From Candidatus Iainarchaeum sp. (GTDB taxonomy: Archaea > Iainarchaeota > Iainarchaeia > Iainarchaeales > VGJJ01), in assembly GCA_043803765.1 (NCBI GenBank), contig JAZDJQ010000013.1, positions 1-46,339 of the forward strand: a stretch of DNA of 46,339 nt, given 5' to 3'. The translations under genes and the position numbers were made by a program. The notes beneath the pieces were generated by a model, which was not told the origin of the DNA, searched no databases, and saw nothing but the letters and a program-made list of their open reading frames with translations. Below, in pieces: positions 19,869 to 30,662 of the stretch (positions are counted from its first letter, which is position 1; the number at the start of each line of letters is the position of its first letter).

Positions 19869-20324
19869 ATGAGGAAAGGAAACCCGTCATTGTCGAAACG
19901 TATTGGAAGGTGGAAGCGGCGATGGCGTGCGATTGTTGGAATCCCCCCTAATAAATGGAATGAGCGAGGAAGACTGGCGAGGAAAAGGTTGAGTCGTGTC
20001 TTGGAGGTGAATCCACTGGATGCCGGTGCGGCACTGGATAGTCTTCTTGAAGAAGAGCGACAGTTTGATTCATCCGCCGTGCGACGAATTTTATATGGAA
20101 TGGGAATCCATAATTCTCGGAAAATACGGTCGGTGACCCAAGCCGTTCGGACAATAAATTCATGGTATGTTAGTGGGCGGCCTATTCGCATGATGCATAA
20201 CATGGAAGACCGGATGAGGCGTAAAATTAAGGATGAATTAGGCTTCCTGCAATCCCGTCTTTTTTTTGTCCAATATCGGCGGTATCAGCGTCATTATAAT
20301 CTTGGGACAACCGGGGTGGAATGA
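19869..20324 (+). CDS. Hypothetical Arg-rich basic protein
   Basis: Longest ORF filling the rps15-bud32 gap; no recognisable motif. Confidence 0.5.
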   Translation: MRKGNPSLSKRIGRWKRRWRAIVGIPPNKWNERGRLARKRLSRVLEVNPLDAGAALDSLLEEERQFDSSAVRRILYGMGIHNSRKIRSVTQAVRTINSWYVSGRPIRMMHNMEDRMRRKIKDELGFLQSRLFFVQYRRYQRHYNLGTTGVE

Positions 20325-20330
20325 CTTCCG

Positions 20331-20966
20331 CTAGGCGTACCGTATCCTTTTTTCCACTGCTTCCACGTGTTTCAGTACAAGAGGGTTTCCTCCCCCTTTC
20401 AAATACCCTTGCGTGATAGTGCCCCATCCACTCTTGAAATTGGAGTGGGTAGCGGTGAATGTTTTCTTTAGATTCACTAAATCAACGGCCAGGTCTTCTA
20501 TTTTGGTTGAGTGGAATGCGAGTCCAAAGTCAATGAAAAATAGTGTTGATTTAGTTGCATGGGTGTTGACCAACACATTGCTCGTAGTCAAGTCCCCGTG
20601 TACGATTCCTTTGGCATGCATCCGTGCGATGTAGTTTCCTGCTAATGCGCACCATTCTTTCTTTTTTTGAATGGAGTGTTTTCCTAATAATCCGTGTTTC
20701 AGTCGGGGGTGGGGGATAAATTCCATTATTATTTCAGCACGTGATGGGAATAATGCATATAGTATTGGAGTGGGGATTCCTATTTTTTTTACTTCGTGCA
20801 GCATGCGCGCTTCCCTCGTGGTGCGTTCTTTTCGTAAACGCGAATCTAATAATTCGTTCCGATAGGTTTTGGGCACGCGCGTCTTTTCTACAACCCATTT
20901 TCCTAAAATTTTCTTCTTTCGTATCTCGGCTTCTGCCCCAATAGATAAAATAGAAGTGGATGTCAT
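20331..20966 (-). CDS. bud32: KEOPS kinase Bud32
   Basis: GAEA, K.R.PK.YR, HGDLTTSN, IDFGL, ED.AVDL. Confidence 0.93.
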   Translation of the reverse strand: MTSTSILSIGAEAEIRKKKILGKWVVEKTRVPKTYRNELLDSRLRKERTTREARMLHEVKKIGIPTPILYALFPSRAEIIMEFIPHPRLKHGLLGKHSIQKKKEWCALAGNYIARMHAKGIVHGDLTTSNVLVNTHATKSTLFFIDFGLAFHSTKIEDLAVDLVNLKKTFTATHSNFKSGWGTITQGYLKGGGNPLVLKHVEAVEKRIRYA

Positions 20967-20972
20967 ACCCCA

Positions 20973-21524
20973 TCAAATGGAGCACGCGGTTTTTATGTCA
21001 TACGCCCTTTGTTCGTATGCGGTTTGTCCCCCTTCCAAAGTGGAAAGGGCGTTTTCGAGGAAATCGATTCCTAGTTCGTTTGCAATTTCCACGGATGAAA
21101 GTACTCGGGAAAAATAGGTGCGTGCTTGTTGTGCATTTTCTTTTGCTGATTGATACGAAGCGAGTGCCATATCCATGCGTGTTCCTTTTCCACAAATATG
21201 GCTTTCTGCTTCTGCTTCGAGCAGTGCCGTATTCCCATTATTCAGATTTTGCTGCAGGGTAATCAAAAGAAGCGACCCGCTAACATAGTCATCCAGTATT
21301 CCTGATTCTAATCCCCCTCCTTCTCGTATGCGTTTGCGGTAGGAGAGAAGTACGTTTTCGTATTTTTGTTGGTCAGTCAACGATACGGGGGCAAGCAGTC
21401 CTTCCGTTACATACGTTGAGCGTTCTCCTCGTAGTTCACGCGCAACACTTTTAGAGTCGCCTAATGAGAGGCAACCGGACATGAAGAAAATGGAAAGAAT
21501 GAGCAACCCGATGAGGACACGCAT
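20973..21524 (-). CDS. Hypothetical lipoprotein
   Basis: MRVLIGLLILSIFFMSGC signal peptide with lipobox. The longer ORF-track start would overlap valS. Confidence 0.7.
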   Translation of the reverse strand: MRVLIGLLILSIFFMSGCLSLGDSKSVARELRGERSTYVTEGLLAPVSLTDQQKYENVLLSYRKRIREGGGLESGILDDYVSGSLLLITLQQNLNNGNTALLEAEAESHICGKGTRMDMALASYQSAKENAQQARTYFSRVLSSVEIANELGIDFLENALSTLEGGQTAYEQRAYDIKTACSI

Positions 21525-21615
21525 AAACGTGGGAGAGCGTGTTCGAATATTAAAAGGCAATCTTTTTGCACGTGGCACAATGGGGATTAAAATGGCTTTC
21601 CACCCGTTTTGGGGG

Positions 21616-24024
21616 ATGGATACCTCTGAAATAAAGGCAATGGAGTCCCGTGCCCATGCGCTATGGGAGAAAGAAAAAATATACGTCTTCTCCTCTATCC
21701 CGGGAAAACCTGTTTTCAGTATCGACACCCCGCCTCCAACGGTATCGGGGGAGATGCATATTGGTCATGCGTGTTCCTATTCGCAGCAGGATTTTATTGC
21801 ACGCTACAAGCGCATGCTCGGCTATAATGTATTCTACCCTTTTGGAACGGACGGCAATGGTCTTCCTACTGAAAGATTGGTTGAAAAATCCCGTGGTATT
21901 CGCGCGCGTGACATGGATCGGAATGCATTCATTCAGGTGTGTGTGGATTTTCTGAAAGAAACGCTTCCGCAATTTATGAAGGATTGGAAAGATATTGGGA
22001 TTTCGGCTGATTTTTCTAAAACATATTCAACAATTGATACCACGTCTCGGAGACTTGCCCAGTGGTCGTTTCTTGATTTGTATCAAAAAGGGCGCGTGTA
22101 TAGGAAAGATGCTCCTGCCATGTGGTGCCCTGAATGTCAAACAGGAGTAGCACAAGTAGAAATACAGGATAAAGAAATGGATTCCACATTCAATGATATC
22201 GTATTCATGCAGGGAGATGAGGAAATTATTGTCGCTACCACGCGTCCGGAATTATTGCCGGCGTGTGTGGCATTATTTTTTTCTCCGGGGGATGGTCGAT
22301 ATGTTCATTTGCGTGGAAAAAGAGCACGTGTTCCATTGCATGATTTTGATGTTCCTATTTTGGAGGATGATCGGGTAAAACCTGATAAGGGAACAGGGAT
22401 TGTAATGTGTTGTACATTTGGTGACCAAGTGGATATGGAGTGGCAGAAAGCATACAATCTTCCTATCAAAACGGTGATAGGAGAAAACGGCCGAATGACA
22501 AAATCGGCTGGGAAGTATGCGGGATTGAGTATCAAGCAGGCACGGCGGGATATTTTGAAAGACTTGCAAGACAAAAAATTAGTGCGGGGGCAGAAACCAA
22601 TTACTCATACAGTAAATGTACATGAGCGATGCGGTATTCCTATTGAGTTTGTTAAAAGCAAGCAGTGGTTTGTCAAATACCTTGATTTGCGGGAAGAAAT
22701 GATAAAGTGGGGGAGTGAAATCGAGTGGCATCCTCCCCACATGAAGCACCGGTATGATAATTGGGTTATGGGATTGCAGTGGGATTGGTTGATTTCCAAT
22801 CAGCGTTATTTTGGAGTGGCATTCCCGGTGTGGTACTGCGCTAAATGCAATGAGGTTATTCTGGCAGACGAGTCTCAATTACCTGTTGATCCGTTGACGG
22901 ACAAACCGCCTGTTGAAAAATGTCCGGCATGCCAATCTATTGAGATTATTCCTGAATCGGATGTGTTGAATACGTGGTTTACTTCATCGTTAACTCCTCA
23001 GATTGCGTATTCTCTTTTGCCTAAATCCAATAGGTTTGAATTGTTGCCGATGGATGTTCGTCCACAAGCGCACGAAATTATCTCGTTTTGGTTGTTCAAT
23101 ACTACTGTTAAAAGTCATTTGCATTTTAATAAAAATCCTTGGAAACATGCCATGATTTCGGGCTTTGTTACATTAAAAGGGGAGAAAATGTCTAAGTCTA
23201 AGGGAAATATTATTCGCCCCCAGGAAGTAATGGAAAAGTTTGGTGCAGATGCTATCCGGTATTGGGCGGCTTACTCAAAACTGGGGGATGATTTTGATTA
23301 CCAGGAAAAGGATGTTCAAACGGGTAAAAAGTTTGTTACTAAAATGAGCAACGTAGCGAAGTTTGTTTTTTCTACAATCGATATGCCAAAAGAAAAACCG
23401 TTGTTGCATCATACGGACCAAATCATACTGCACCGATTGAAACAAACGATTGAGTCGTGCACGGAAGCATTTGAGTCATATAATTATGCGAAGGCCAAAT
23501 TGGATGCCGAGCAGTTCTTCTGGAAGGATTTAGCCGATAATTATCTCGAGTTGGTTAAACATCGTGTGTATGAAGGAAATAAAGAAGAGAAAGCATCTGC
23601 TTCCTACACATTATATCATGTTTTATTAAACACGATTAAGATTATGGCGCCGTTCACTCCTTTCATTACGGAGGAAATATATCAGTCATTTTACCTAAAA
23701 AAAGGGGGCGCGAAGTCCATTCATATTTCTTCATGGCCGGACGAAGAAAAGGATGCTTGTTTTAGTGGGATAGACCATTCTAGTAGAGCGGAAGAGCAGT
23801 GGGCACGTTTGTTGGAAATTATTTCGTTTGTTCGTGGAAAAAAGTCCGAGGCCAAGAAATCCATGCGAGCGGAAATTTGTTTGTCTCTGTCAAAAGAGGA
23901 TAATGAGTTGTTGCAGGACGTATTGTCTGATTTGTGTGGGGTCTCAAACGCAAAAAAGTTGAAAATAGGCCCGTTGGATGTGGAAATTCTTCCCTCATCG
24001 GATGAAAAAGATAAAAAAAATTAG
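21616..24024 (+). CDS. valS: Valine--tRNA ligase (archaeal type)
   Basis: IDTPPPTVSG.MHIGH, ATTRPEL, GTGIVMCCTFGD, RPQAHEII.FW, KMSKS. Confidence 0.95.
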   Translation: MDTSEIKAMESRAHALWEKEKIYVFSSIPGKPVFSIDTPPPTVSGEMHIGHACSYSQQDFIARYKRMLGYNVFYPFGTDGNGLPTERLVEKSRGIRARDMDRNAFIQVCVDFLKETLPQFMKDWKDIGISADFSKTYSTIDTTSRRLAQWSFLDLYQKGRVYRKDAPAMWCPECQTGVAQVEIQDKEMDSTFNDIVFMQGDEEIIVATTRPELLPACVALFFSPGDGRYVHLRGKRARVPLHDFDVPILEDDRVKPDKGTGIVMCCTFGDQVDMEWQKAYNLPIKTVIGENGRMTKSAGKYAGLSIKQARRDILKDLQDKKLVRGQKPITHTVNVHERCGIPIEFVKSKQWFVKYLDLREEMIKWGSEIEWHPPHMKHRYDNWVMGLQWDWLISNQRYFGVAFPVWYCAKCNEVILADESQLPVDPLTDKPPVEKCPACQSIEIIPESDVLNTWFTSSLTPQIAYSLLPKSNRFELLPMDVRPQAHEIISFWLFNTTVKSHLHFNKNPWKHAMISGFVTLKGEKMSKSKGNIIRPQEVMEKFGADAIRYWAAYSKLGDDFDYQEKDVQTGKKFVTKMSNVAKFVFSTIDMPKEKPLLHHTDQIILHRLKQTIESCTEAFESYNYAKAKLDAEQFFWKDLADNYLELVKHRVYEGNKEEKASASYTLYHVLLNTIKIMAPFTPFITEEIYQSFYLKKGGAKSIHISSWPDEEKDACFSGIDHSSRAEEQWARLLEIISFVRGKKSEAKKSMRAEICLSLSKEDNELLQDVLSDLCGVSNAKKLKIGPLDVEILPSSDEKDKKN

Positions 24025-25175
24025 ATAGTGAAAAATCCTTTTTTCTTTTTCTTTTCTGAATAAGGTTCCCCTTTTTTGAGCGAGCGGAGTTTTTCTAATA
24101 GTTCTTTCTCTTCCTTGGTAGGTTTGCTTGGCACATCTACTTCTACTCGAACGTACTCGTCTCCGTATCCGTTTTCATTAAGCCGCGCGATTCCTTTTCC
24201 TTTCAATCGAAATACTTTTCCTGTTTTTGTTCCAGGCGGGATGGTGATAGTTGTTTTTTTCCCGTCGAGCGTCGGAATGGAAATTTCTCCACCTAATACT
24301 GCTTCTTCATAAGGAATGAATTGTTCTGCATACACATCCTCTCCGTCTCGTTTGAATAAAGGATGCGGTTTCACGTGCAACACAACGTAGGCGTCCCCTT
24401 TTTTTCCGTGGGAATAATTTCCTTGCCCGGGTACGCGAAGATGATTTCCTGTATCAACTCCTGGAGGGATCGTAACATCCAATTCTGCTGTTTTTTTTAC
24501 GCTTCCTTTTCCATCGCATGTTTTGCACGGGTTGGATATTGTTTCTCCTGTTCCTCGGCAATGCGAGCATGGAAATGTTGTCTGGAACATTCCGAATGGG
24601 GTTCGTTTGATTTGAGTGGCCATTCCTCTCCCTCTGCATGTTGGGCATGTTTCTTTTTTTCCTGTTTTGCTTCCCGTTCCATTGCAGGCAGGACATGCGG
24701 TAAGATGGGTAATGGAAATGGATTTGGTTGTTCCTAGTGCGGCTTCTTCGAATGTAAGTTCAACATCTACTCGCACGTGGGAAATGGTTTCTCTTCGGTT
24801 GTTCTCTCTTCCATAGAATTCTCCTCCGAATGCTTGTCGGAGCAAGTCTTCCATGTTTCCGAATCCGCCCATTCCTCCAGAGAAGAAATCGGAAAAATCG
24901 AATCCGGGCATTCCTCCTTGTCCAGATCCTGAAAATCCTTGATTTACTGCTTCGCTTCCAAATTGGTCGTATGTTTGTCTTTTTTCCTGATTGGATAATA
25001 TGGAATAGGCCTCGCTTATTTCTTTGAATTTTTCAGTGGCGTTTCTTTCCTTGTTTACGTCGGGGTGCCATTGCTTGGCAAGTTTTTTGTAGGCGGCTTT
25101 TACCTGTTCAGGTGTTGCGCTTCGGTCGATGCCGAGAATAGAATAGTAGTCTTTGGATGCCATACGGGTACTCAT
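24021..25175 (-). CDS. dnaJ: Chaperone DnaJ
   Basis: J-domain HPD, G/F region, four CxxCxGxG repeats. Confidence 0.96.
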   Translation of the reverse strand: MSTRMASKDYYSILGIDRSATPEQVKAAYKKLAKQWHPDVNKERNATEKFKEISEAYSILSNQEKRQTYDQFGSEAVNQGFSGSGQGGMPGFDFSDFFSGGMGGFGNMEDLLRQAFGGEFYGRENNRRETISHVRVDVELTFEEAALGTTKSISITHLTACPACNGTGSKTGKKETCPTCRGRGMATQIKRTPFGMFQTTFPCSHCRGTGETISNPCKTCDGKGSVKKTAELDVTIPPGVDTGNHLRVPGQGNYSHGKKGDAYVVLHVKPHPLFKRDGEDVYAEQFIPYEEAVLGGEISIPTLDGKKTTITIPPGTKTGKVFRLKGKGIARLNENGYGDEYVRVEVDVPSKPTKEEKELLEKLRSLKKGEPYSEKKKKKGFFTI

Positions 25176-25238
25176 TGAATGGATAGGTTAATGACTTCTC
25201 CCATTCAGGCTGCCTCGAAGGGGTTGTTCCGTCGGGAG

Positions 25239-27116
25239 TCATTGTTGTTTTTTTTCTTTGGTATCTTCATCGTGGACTTTGTATTCGGCATCCGTGGCTT
25301 CATCAGGATTGGATTCATGGTTTCCTCCATCAGGGTTTTCGTTTGCGTTTGGTGCAGAATGACCTGCTTTCTTGTATATTTCTTGTCCTACTTGCATTAA
25401 ATCCTTATTGAGTTGTTCCATTACGCTCTTGAGTTGTGCTACTGGTTTTGGTTCACTTCCTAAAAGTTTCTTTAATTCTTCCACTTGCGGGGTTATTTTT
25501 TCTTTTGTTTCAGCAGATATTTTGTCTTTCATTTCTTCCAGCATTTTTTCTGTTTGATACACGGTAGCATCGGCTTGGTTGACTGTTTCCACTTCTTCTT
25601 TTCTTTTTTTGTCCAGTTCAGCAAACTCTTCGGCTTGTTGGCGCATGCGTTCCACTTCTTTTTCGTCTAGTTTTTGTGCAGCCATTATTTGGATGCGTTG
25701 TTCTTTTCCTGTTCCTAAATCTTTGGCGGAAACATGCAGTATTCCATTTGCATCCAAGTCGAATGTAACTTCTATTTGAGGAATACCGCGTGGTGCGGGA
25801 GGAATCCCTTGGAGTACAAAAACCCCGAGTTGTTTGTTATCCACCGCAATAGCTCGTTCTCCTTGGAATACCTTTATTTCTACAGCAGGCTGGTTATCGG
25901 CGGCAGTGGAAAATATCTGGCTTTTTTTGTGTGGAATTGTAGTGTTGCGTTCCACGAGTTTTGTCATTACTCCCCCTAGTGTTTCAATTCCTAAGCTGAG
26001 CGGGGTAACGTCTAACAATAGAACGTCTTTGACTTCCCCGCTTAATACGCCGGCTTGTACTGCTGCCCCCATTGCCACACATTCCATTGGATCCACGCCT
26101 CGTTCTACTTTGGTTCCAAGAATGCGTTCTACAAATTTTTGTACGATGGGCATTCGGGTAGGACCTCCTACCATGACGACACGGGAAATATCAGAGGGCA
26201 GTATTTTAGCATCCCCTAATGCTTGATTAACCGGTCTCTCGCATCGTTTCACGATAGGAGTTACCAGTTCTTCGAGCTTGGCTCGGTTGAACTTTAGCAC
26301 TAAATGCTTGGGTCCGCTTGCGTCCGCCGTAACATAAGGCAGATTTATTTCCGTTTCGAGCGTCGTTGAGAGTTCGATCTTGGCTTTTTCGGCCGCTTCT
26401 TTGACTCGTTGCATGGCTACGCCGTCTTTTTTCAAATCGACTCCGTCCGTTCGCTGGAATTCCTTTAAAATCCAATCCACAACTACCGCATCCATGTCCG
26501 TTCCGCCAAGTTGAGTATCCCCGCTTGTTGATTTTACTTCGAATACGCCGTCCCCAAACTCCATTACGGTAACATCGAGCGTTCCTCCTCCCAAATCAAA
26601 TACGAGTACTTTTTGTTCTCCTCCTTTTCGGTCCAATCCATATGCCAGACTGGCAGCAGTAGGCTCATTCACAATGCGAATAACATCCAATCCTGCAATT
26701 TTTCCTGCATCTTTGGTAGCTTGACGTTGGTTGTCATCAAAATAGGCCGGAACCGTAATTACTGCTTTTTCTACTTTGTCTCCGAGAAACGTTTCCGCGT
26801 CCTTTTTTATTTTTTGCAGGATGAATGCGGATATTTGTTGAGGGGTGTATTTCTTTCCATCAACCGTATAGGTATGATTGGTTCCCATTTTCCTTTTGGC
26901 AGCTGTTATTGTTCCATTCGGATTCGATACGGCTTGTCTTCGTGCAGGTTCTCCCACCAGTACTTGCCCGTCTTTCGTGAATGCTACTACTGATGGAAAA
27001 GCCTTTCCATAGAGTGTGTTTCCCTCCGCGCTTGGAATAATGCGGGGCTTTCCCCCCTCCAGTATTGCAGCTGCGCTGTTTGATGTTCCGAGATCGATTC
27101 CTATTATTTTACTCAT
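25239..27116 (-). CDS. dnaK: Chaperone DnaK
   Basis: [32 protein letters not shown]; lacks the N-domain insert, as in archaea and Gram-positives. Confidence 0.97.
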   Translation of the reverse strand: MSKIIGIDLGTSNSAAAILEGGKPRIIPSAEGNTLYGKAFPSVVAFTKDGQVLVGEPARRQAVSNPNGTITAAKRKMGTNHTYTVDGKKYTPQQISAFILQKIKKDAETFLGDKVEKAVITVPAYFDDNQRQATKDAGKIAGLDVIRIVNEPTAASLAYGLDRKGGEQKVLVFDLGGGTLDVTVMEFGDGVFEVKSTSGDTQLGGTDMDAVVVDWILKEFQRTDGVDLKKDGVAMQRVKEAAEKAKIELSTTLETEINLPYVTADASGPKHLVLKFNRAKLEELVTPIVKRCERPVNQALGDAKILPSDISRVVMVGGPTRMPIVQKFVERILGTKVERGVDPMECVAMGAAVQAGVLSGEVKDVLLLDVTPLSLGIETLGGVMTKLVERNTTIPHKKSQIFSTAADNQPAVEIKVFQGERAIAVDNKQLGVFVLQGIPPAPRGIPQIEVTFDLDANGILHVSAKDLGTGKEQRIQIMAAQKLDEKEVERMRQQAEEFAELDKKRKEEVETVNQADATVYQTEKMLEEMKDKISAETKEKITPQVEELKKLLGSEPKPVAQLKSVMEQLNKDLMQVGQEIYKKAGHSAPNANENPDGGNHESNPDEATDAEYKVHDEDTKEKKQQ

Positions 27117-27642
27117 GGTGTGTTTCCCCCTTATGGTTTCCAGTTAATGGTGAAGTGGTTTCGTTTTCGGTTGTATTGTGTTTGTTTATTTTCACTTTGG
27201 CGGTACGCAGCACATCGTTGTGAAATAGATAACCGCGCTGTATTTCGTCCATCACAATATCTTCTTTTTGGTTGGGTTGAAATTCTTGCATAATGCATTC
27301 GCTCGTAAATGGGTCGAAGGTTTTTCCCAATACGTTCATGGGTTTCACTCCATCCGTGGCGAGTATTTTTTGAAACTGGAATCGCAAATTTTCAAATCCT
27401 TTTTTGTGTTCATCCCCTACTTTTTCGGCCGCCGCATCCAACGCATCTGCAAAGGAAAGTAATTCTTTGAATGCGGCAGCTTTTCCTCGTTGGTATTGAT
27501 GAAGCATCTCTCCTTCGCTTCTTTTTCGATAGTTTTCAAAGTCGGCCTGTACGCGTTGTAATGTAGAAAGCAAGTCGGCCGATTCGGGGGCGGAAGCAGG
27601 AAGGGGGTTTTCCTTTTTTTGAGATGGTTTGGTTTCAAGCAT
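27109..27642 (-). CDS. grpE: Nucleotide exchange factor GrpE
   Basis: [17 protein letters not shown]....VLR.A.V. Confidence 0.93.
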   Translation of the reverse strand: MLETKPSQKKENPLPASAPESADLLSTLQRVQADFENYRKRSEGEMLHQYQRGKAAAFKELLSFADALDAAAEKVGDEHKKGFENLRFQFQKILATDGVKPMNVLGKTFDPFTSECIMQEFQPNQKEDIVMDEIQRGYLFHNDVLRTAKVKINKHNTTENETTSPLTGNHKGETHHE

Positions 27643-27721
27643 TCGAATCACAACCAATAAAATGTCCATTATTTTTAGACATTTAATGGTTATTCTAATC
27701 ATAGGTTTTTTAAGTCTTTAG

Positions 27722-27738
27722 GCTACCTTTTCGGTAGC
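27722..27738. promoter_or_regulatory. Palindromic operator candidate GCTACC-N5-GGTAGC
   Basis: Perfect 6-bp inverted repeat abutting the ATG of the wHTH gene, in the divergent grpE promoter region. Confidence 0.45.
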
Positions 27739-28179
27739 ATGCCCCCACCCCCCTCTGCCGCCCGCTTCCGTATTGTGATTCGTAGAATAGAACGGCCGTT
27801 TAGGGGGAATACGGAGCAGGAATTGGAATGGATTTGCCAATCATTAGGACTTACATCGATTGGTAAGGATAAAGTGACTGCCGACATATTTAGGGAAATA
27901 GTGCGTTCCACGGAAGAAGGAAAAGGTATTTCATCTACGCTCCTTGCTCAACGCATTCATCTTTCTCGGGGCGCAGTTATTCATCACTTGAATAATTTAC
28001 AAGCAGCAGGATTGGTGGTAAAACAAGGCAGAGAATATGTTGCCCGCTCCAAGAGCATGGTACGTACAATACAAGAAGTGGAAGAGGATATCAAGCGGAT
28101 TTTTGACAAAATGGAAGAGACCGCGAGAGAAATTGATCGTGCATTTGGTATGGATTGGGAATCTCCACCGGAGCGATAA
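27739..28179 (+). CDS. Winged-helix (ArsR-like) transcriptional regulator
   Basis: SSTLLAQRIHLSRGAVIHHLNNLQAAGLV HTH followed by a coiled-coil. Confidence 0.85.
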   Translation: MPPPPSAARFRIVIRRIERPFRGNTEQELEWICQSLGLTSIGKDKVTADIFREIVRSTEEGKGISSTLLAQRIHLSRGAVIHHLNNLQAAGLVVKQGREYVARSKSMVRTIQEVEEDIKRIFDKMEETAREIDRAFGMDWESPPER

Positions 28180-28182
28180 CGA

Positions 28183-28698
28183 ATGGTAGGACGTTCATTC
28201 CTATTCCCCGGAGTTTTAGTTCATGAACTCTCTCATGCAATTGGATGCTGGATTTCAGGTATTCCTATTCACAAAGTAGAAGTGACTTCTACCTCGGGGA
28301 AAGTCATTCATGATAGGGGAAACGTACGCAGCAGCATCCTGATTAGTATCGCTCCTCTTTTCATTGGAACGATTTTGGCAATCATACTATATGGTATGGG
28401 AAAAGAAATAGTGGAGAAAGAACCATTGTTTGCGCTCATTGCGGGATGGGCGGGCTTTGCTATTGCATTTCATTCTATTCCTTCTTCTCAGGATATGACG
28501 AATGTTCTTGCTACTATTGGAGATCGTTTTCGTCAATTGCTAGGAAGTTCAACTCCTTTCTTGTGGAAAATAGGAAAAGGGGTTCTGTATGCTGCCGCAT
28601 GGGTCATTATGGGATTGGGGACGGGATTAGCCGTTATTGCCAATGCCACGATACTTATACGTGTGATGTGGGGAATCCTTTTGATTGGAGCGGCCTAA
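28183..28698 (+). CDS. Membrane Zn-metalloprotease, M50-like
   Basis: PG.LVHELSH (HExxH), IAP, PS.QD and TM helices. Confidence 0.75.
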   Translation: MVGRSFLFPGVLVHELSHAIGCWISGIPIHKVEVTSTSGKVIHDRGNVRSSILISIAPLFIGTILAIILYGMGKEIVEKEPLFALIAGWAGFAIAFHSIPSSQDMTNVLATIGDRFRQLLGSSTPFLWKIGKGVLYAAAWVIMGLGTGLAVIANATILIRVMWGILLIGAA

Positions 28699-28838
28699 CT
28701 GGACTTCCCATAAAATGAATTTAAAAAAAAACAAGGCATTGGGCCAATATATTGTCTTAGTTCCTTTTTCCAATGATTTTCAGGCAAAGCCGGCTAACTG
28801 CCTAATCTTATATATAGGATTCTCCCGTCTCTGAGAGA

Positions 28839-30662
28839 ATGCGTTTTCTTTTTTTTGCACTTGTCGGAATGCTTGCTTTCTCAGGGTGTATTGATTACAT
28901 TTTTGAACCCGATGATGGAAACCCAGACAACACAGTAGCCTGTGATTCATTTACTAATATTCCGTCACAGGATTCCTGTTACAAGGATGCAGCGGTCAAA
29001 CAGAAAAATAGTGCAGTATGTTTTCAAGTACAAGAGCTTTCAACAAGGGATTCTTGTTTTCATGAAGTGGCCGATGCGCTGGGAAGCGGAGAAACATGTC
29101 TCTTTATTTCAAATATTGGAATAGAGAATGCATGCGCGGACACTTATGCTAGTTTTTTCTCTAATCCGGATATTTGCGGTAATATATCAGCGGGAGAGCA
29201 AGCGGATTGTTATCTTCAGGGGGCTCGTGCTACTGGAAATGATGTATGGTGCTATCTTGCAAATGAAAAAACAGATTCTTGCCTTGTGGAAACGGCAAAG
29301 AAAACAAAGAAAGCAATTCTTTGTGATGGAGTAGACTCAAGTGACGTGAGGGAAGCCTGCTATATTACAATAGCCCCTATTGCAAATGATACCTCGGCGT
29401 GCCTCAAAATCAAGGATCTATCTGCACGCGAGTCATGCCTAGTAACGGTGGCGGTAAACCAGTTGAGTGAAACCGCATGCAATTTGATTCAAACATCGGC
29501 AGTGAAAGCGGCATGTATCTATCAAGTAGCTCAGGCAACGGCAACTGCTCCTATTTGTGAAGGAACCTCTTCGGTTGGAGAATCCGATACCTGTTATTAT
29601 GCTCATGCTACTTCTTCCAATCAAACAGGACTTTGCGCTAAAATTATTTCAAACAGCAAAAGAGATGAATGTTATAGTGCGATTGCTACAAAATTAGGGG
29701 ATTCGAGCATATGTAACTCTGTTTCGTCTAACTATAAGCCTGTTTGTTTATCCAATTTGGCAACGGAAGGGGGCGGAATTTCTTCGTGCGGTATTCTTCA
29801 AGGAAAACCAAAGGATGACTGTTTGTTGGATGTGGCGGTTAAAACAAAGAATGCGGGCATATGTACTATGTTGAACACGGTGACGAATGAGAAAAACTAT
29901 CGTGCGGATTGCCTATACCAAGTAGCGGTCGCTGCTCAAAATAGCAGTATTTGTGACGGTATTTTGCCCATAAGCGAGCGAGATACTTGTTATTTTGATG
30001 TAGGGGAAGCATCAGGAAAAAGTGATGCTTGTATTCTAATATCCGATGTTGATTTGCGTGATGCCTGTATTGAATCGATTGCTCTTGACCAAGGGGATAG
30101 TGAAGCATGTCTTACCATTACAAGTTCAGATGAGAAGGATGCTTGTCTCAAGGAGGTTGGTATTTCAAGCGAAAACTCTTCCGTGTGCGAATTGATTGGA
30201 AACACAGTCGATCAAGACGAGTGTTATGGAGAAGTTGCTATTTCGCTTATGAGTAAGGATGTTTGCTTGAAAGTGGTGAGCAAAACAATCAAGGACGATT
30301 GTATATATGATATTGCGATTGCATTAGGAGATTGGCCTTTTTGTCTTAAGATTAGTTCGAGCAACCCTCTTGTACAGCAAGCATGTCTTCTCGAAGTAGC
30401 AGGAGATATTGGAAGCCTTGAACCCTGCATAAAAATAACAGACCAGGAGAAAAAAGGGACTTGTTATGGAAAAGTGGGAATAGCAACTTCTAATTTTTTG
30501 ATATGTGAACAAGTTCCATTAAAACAAGTCGAGGAGATGAATGCGGCGCACTTTGCACGGGATACCTGCTGGAAGTATGTTGCGGTTAATGCGGGTGGAA
30601 ACGATTTGTGTGATAAGATTTATGATGGAAACATGATGGAGAGTTGTAATAATGCCACGTAA
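28839..30662 (+). CDS. Cys-rich tandem-repeat surface lipoprotein
   Basis: Lipobox AFSGC, then 22 repeats of about 26 aa with consensus C-x2-I-x5-(R/K)D-x-C(Y/L)-x3-A. Confidence 0.85.
   Translation: MRFLFFALVGMLAFSGCIDYIFEPDDGNPDNTVACDSFTNIPSQDSCYKDAAVKQKNSAVCFQVQELSTRDSCFHEVADALGSGETCLFISNIGIENACADTYASFFSNPDICGNISAGEQADCYLQGARATGNDVWCYLANEKTDSCLVETAKKTKKAILCDGVDSSDVREACYITIAPIANDTSACLKIKDLSARESCLVTVAVNQLSETACNLIQTSAVKAACIYQVAQATATAPICEGTSSVGESDTCYYAHATSSNQTGLCAKIISNSKRDECYSAIATKLGDSSICNSVSSNYKPVCLSNLATEGGGISSCGILQGKPKDDCLLDVAVKTKNAGICTMLNTVTNEKNYRADCLYQVAVAAQNSSICDGILPISERDTCYFDVGEASGKSDACILISDVDLRDACIESIALDQGDSEACLTITSSDEKDACLKEVGISSENSSVCELIGNTVDQDECYGEVAISLMSKDVCLKVVSKTIKDDCIYDIAIALGDWPFCLKISSSNPLVQQACLLEVAGDIGSLEPCIKITDQEKKGTCYGKVGIATSNFLICEQVPLKQVEEMNAAHFARDTCWKYVAVNAGGNDLCDKIYDGNMMESCNNAT

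Noticed and set aside
21481-21728. Long overlapping N-termini of valS and the opposite-strand ORF
   Set aside because: Starts at 21616 and 21524 give sensible proteins and a normal divergent promoter.
25176-25243. ncRNA between dnaK and dnaJ
   Set aside because: Only a short imperfect inverted repeat (AATGACTTC/GGAGTCATT); too weak to call.
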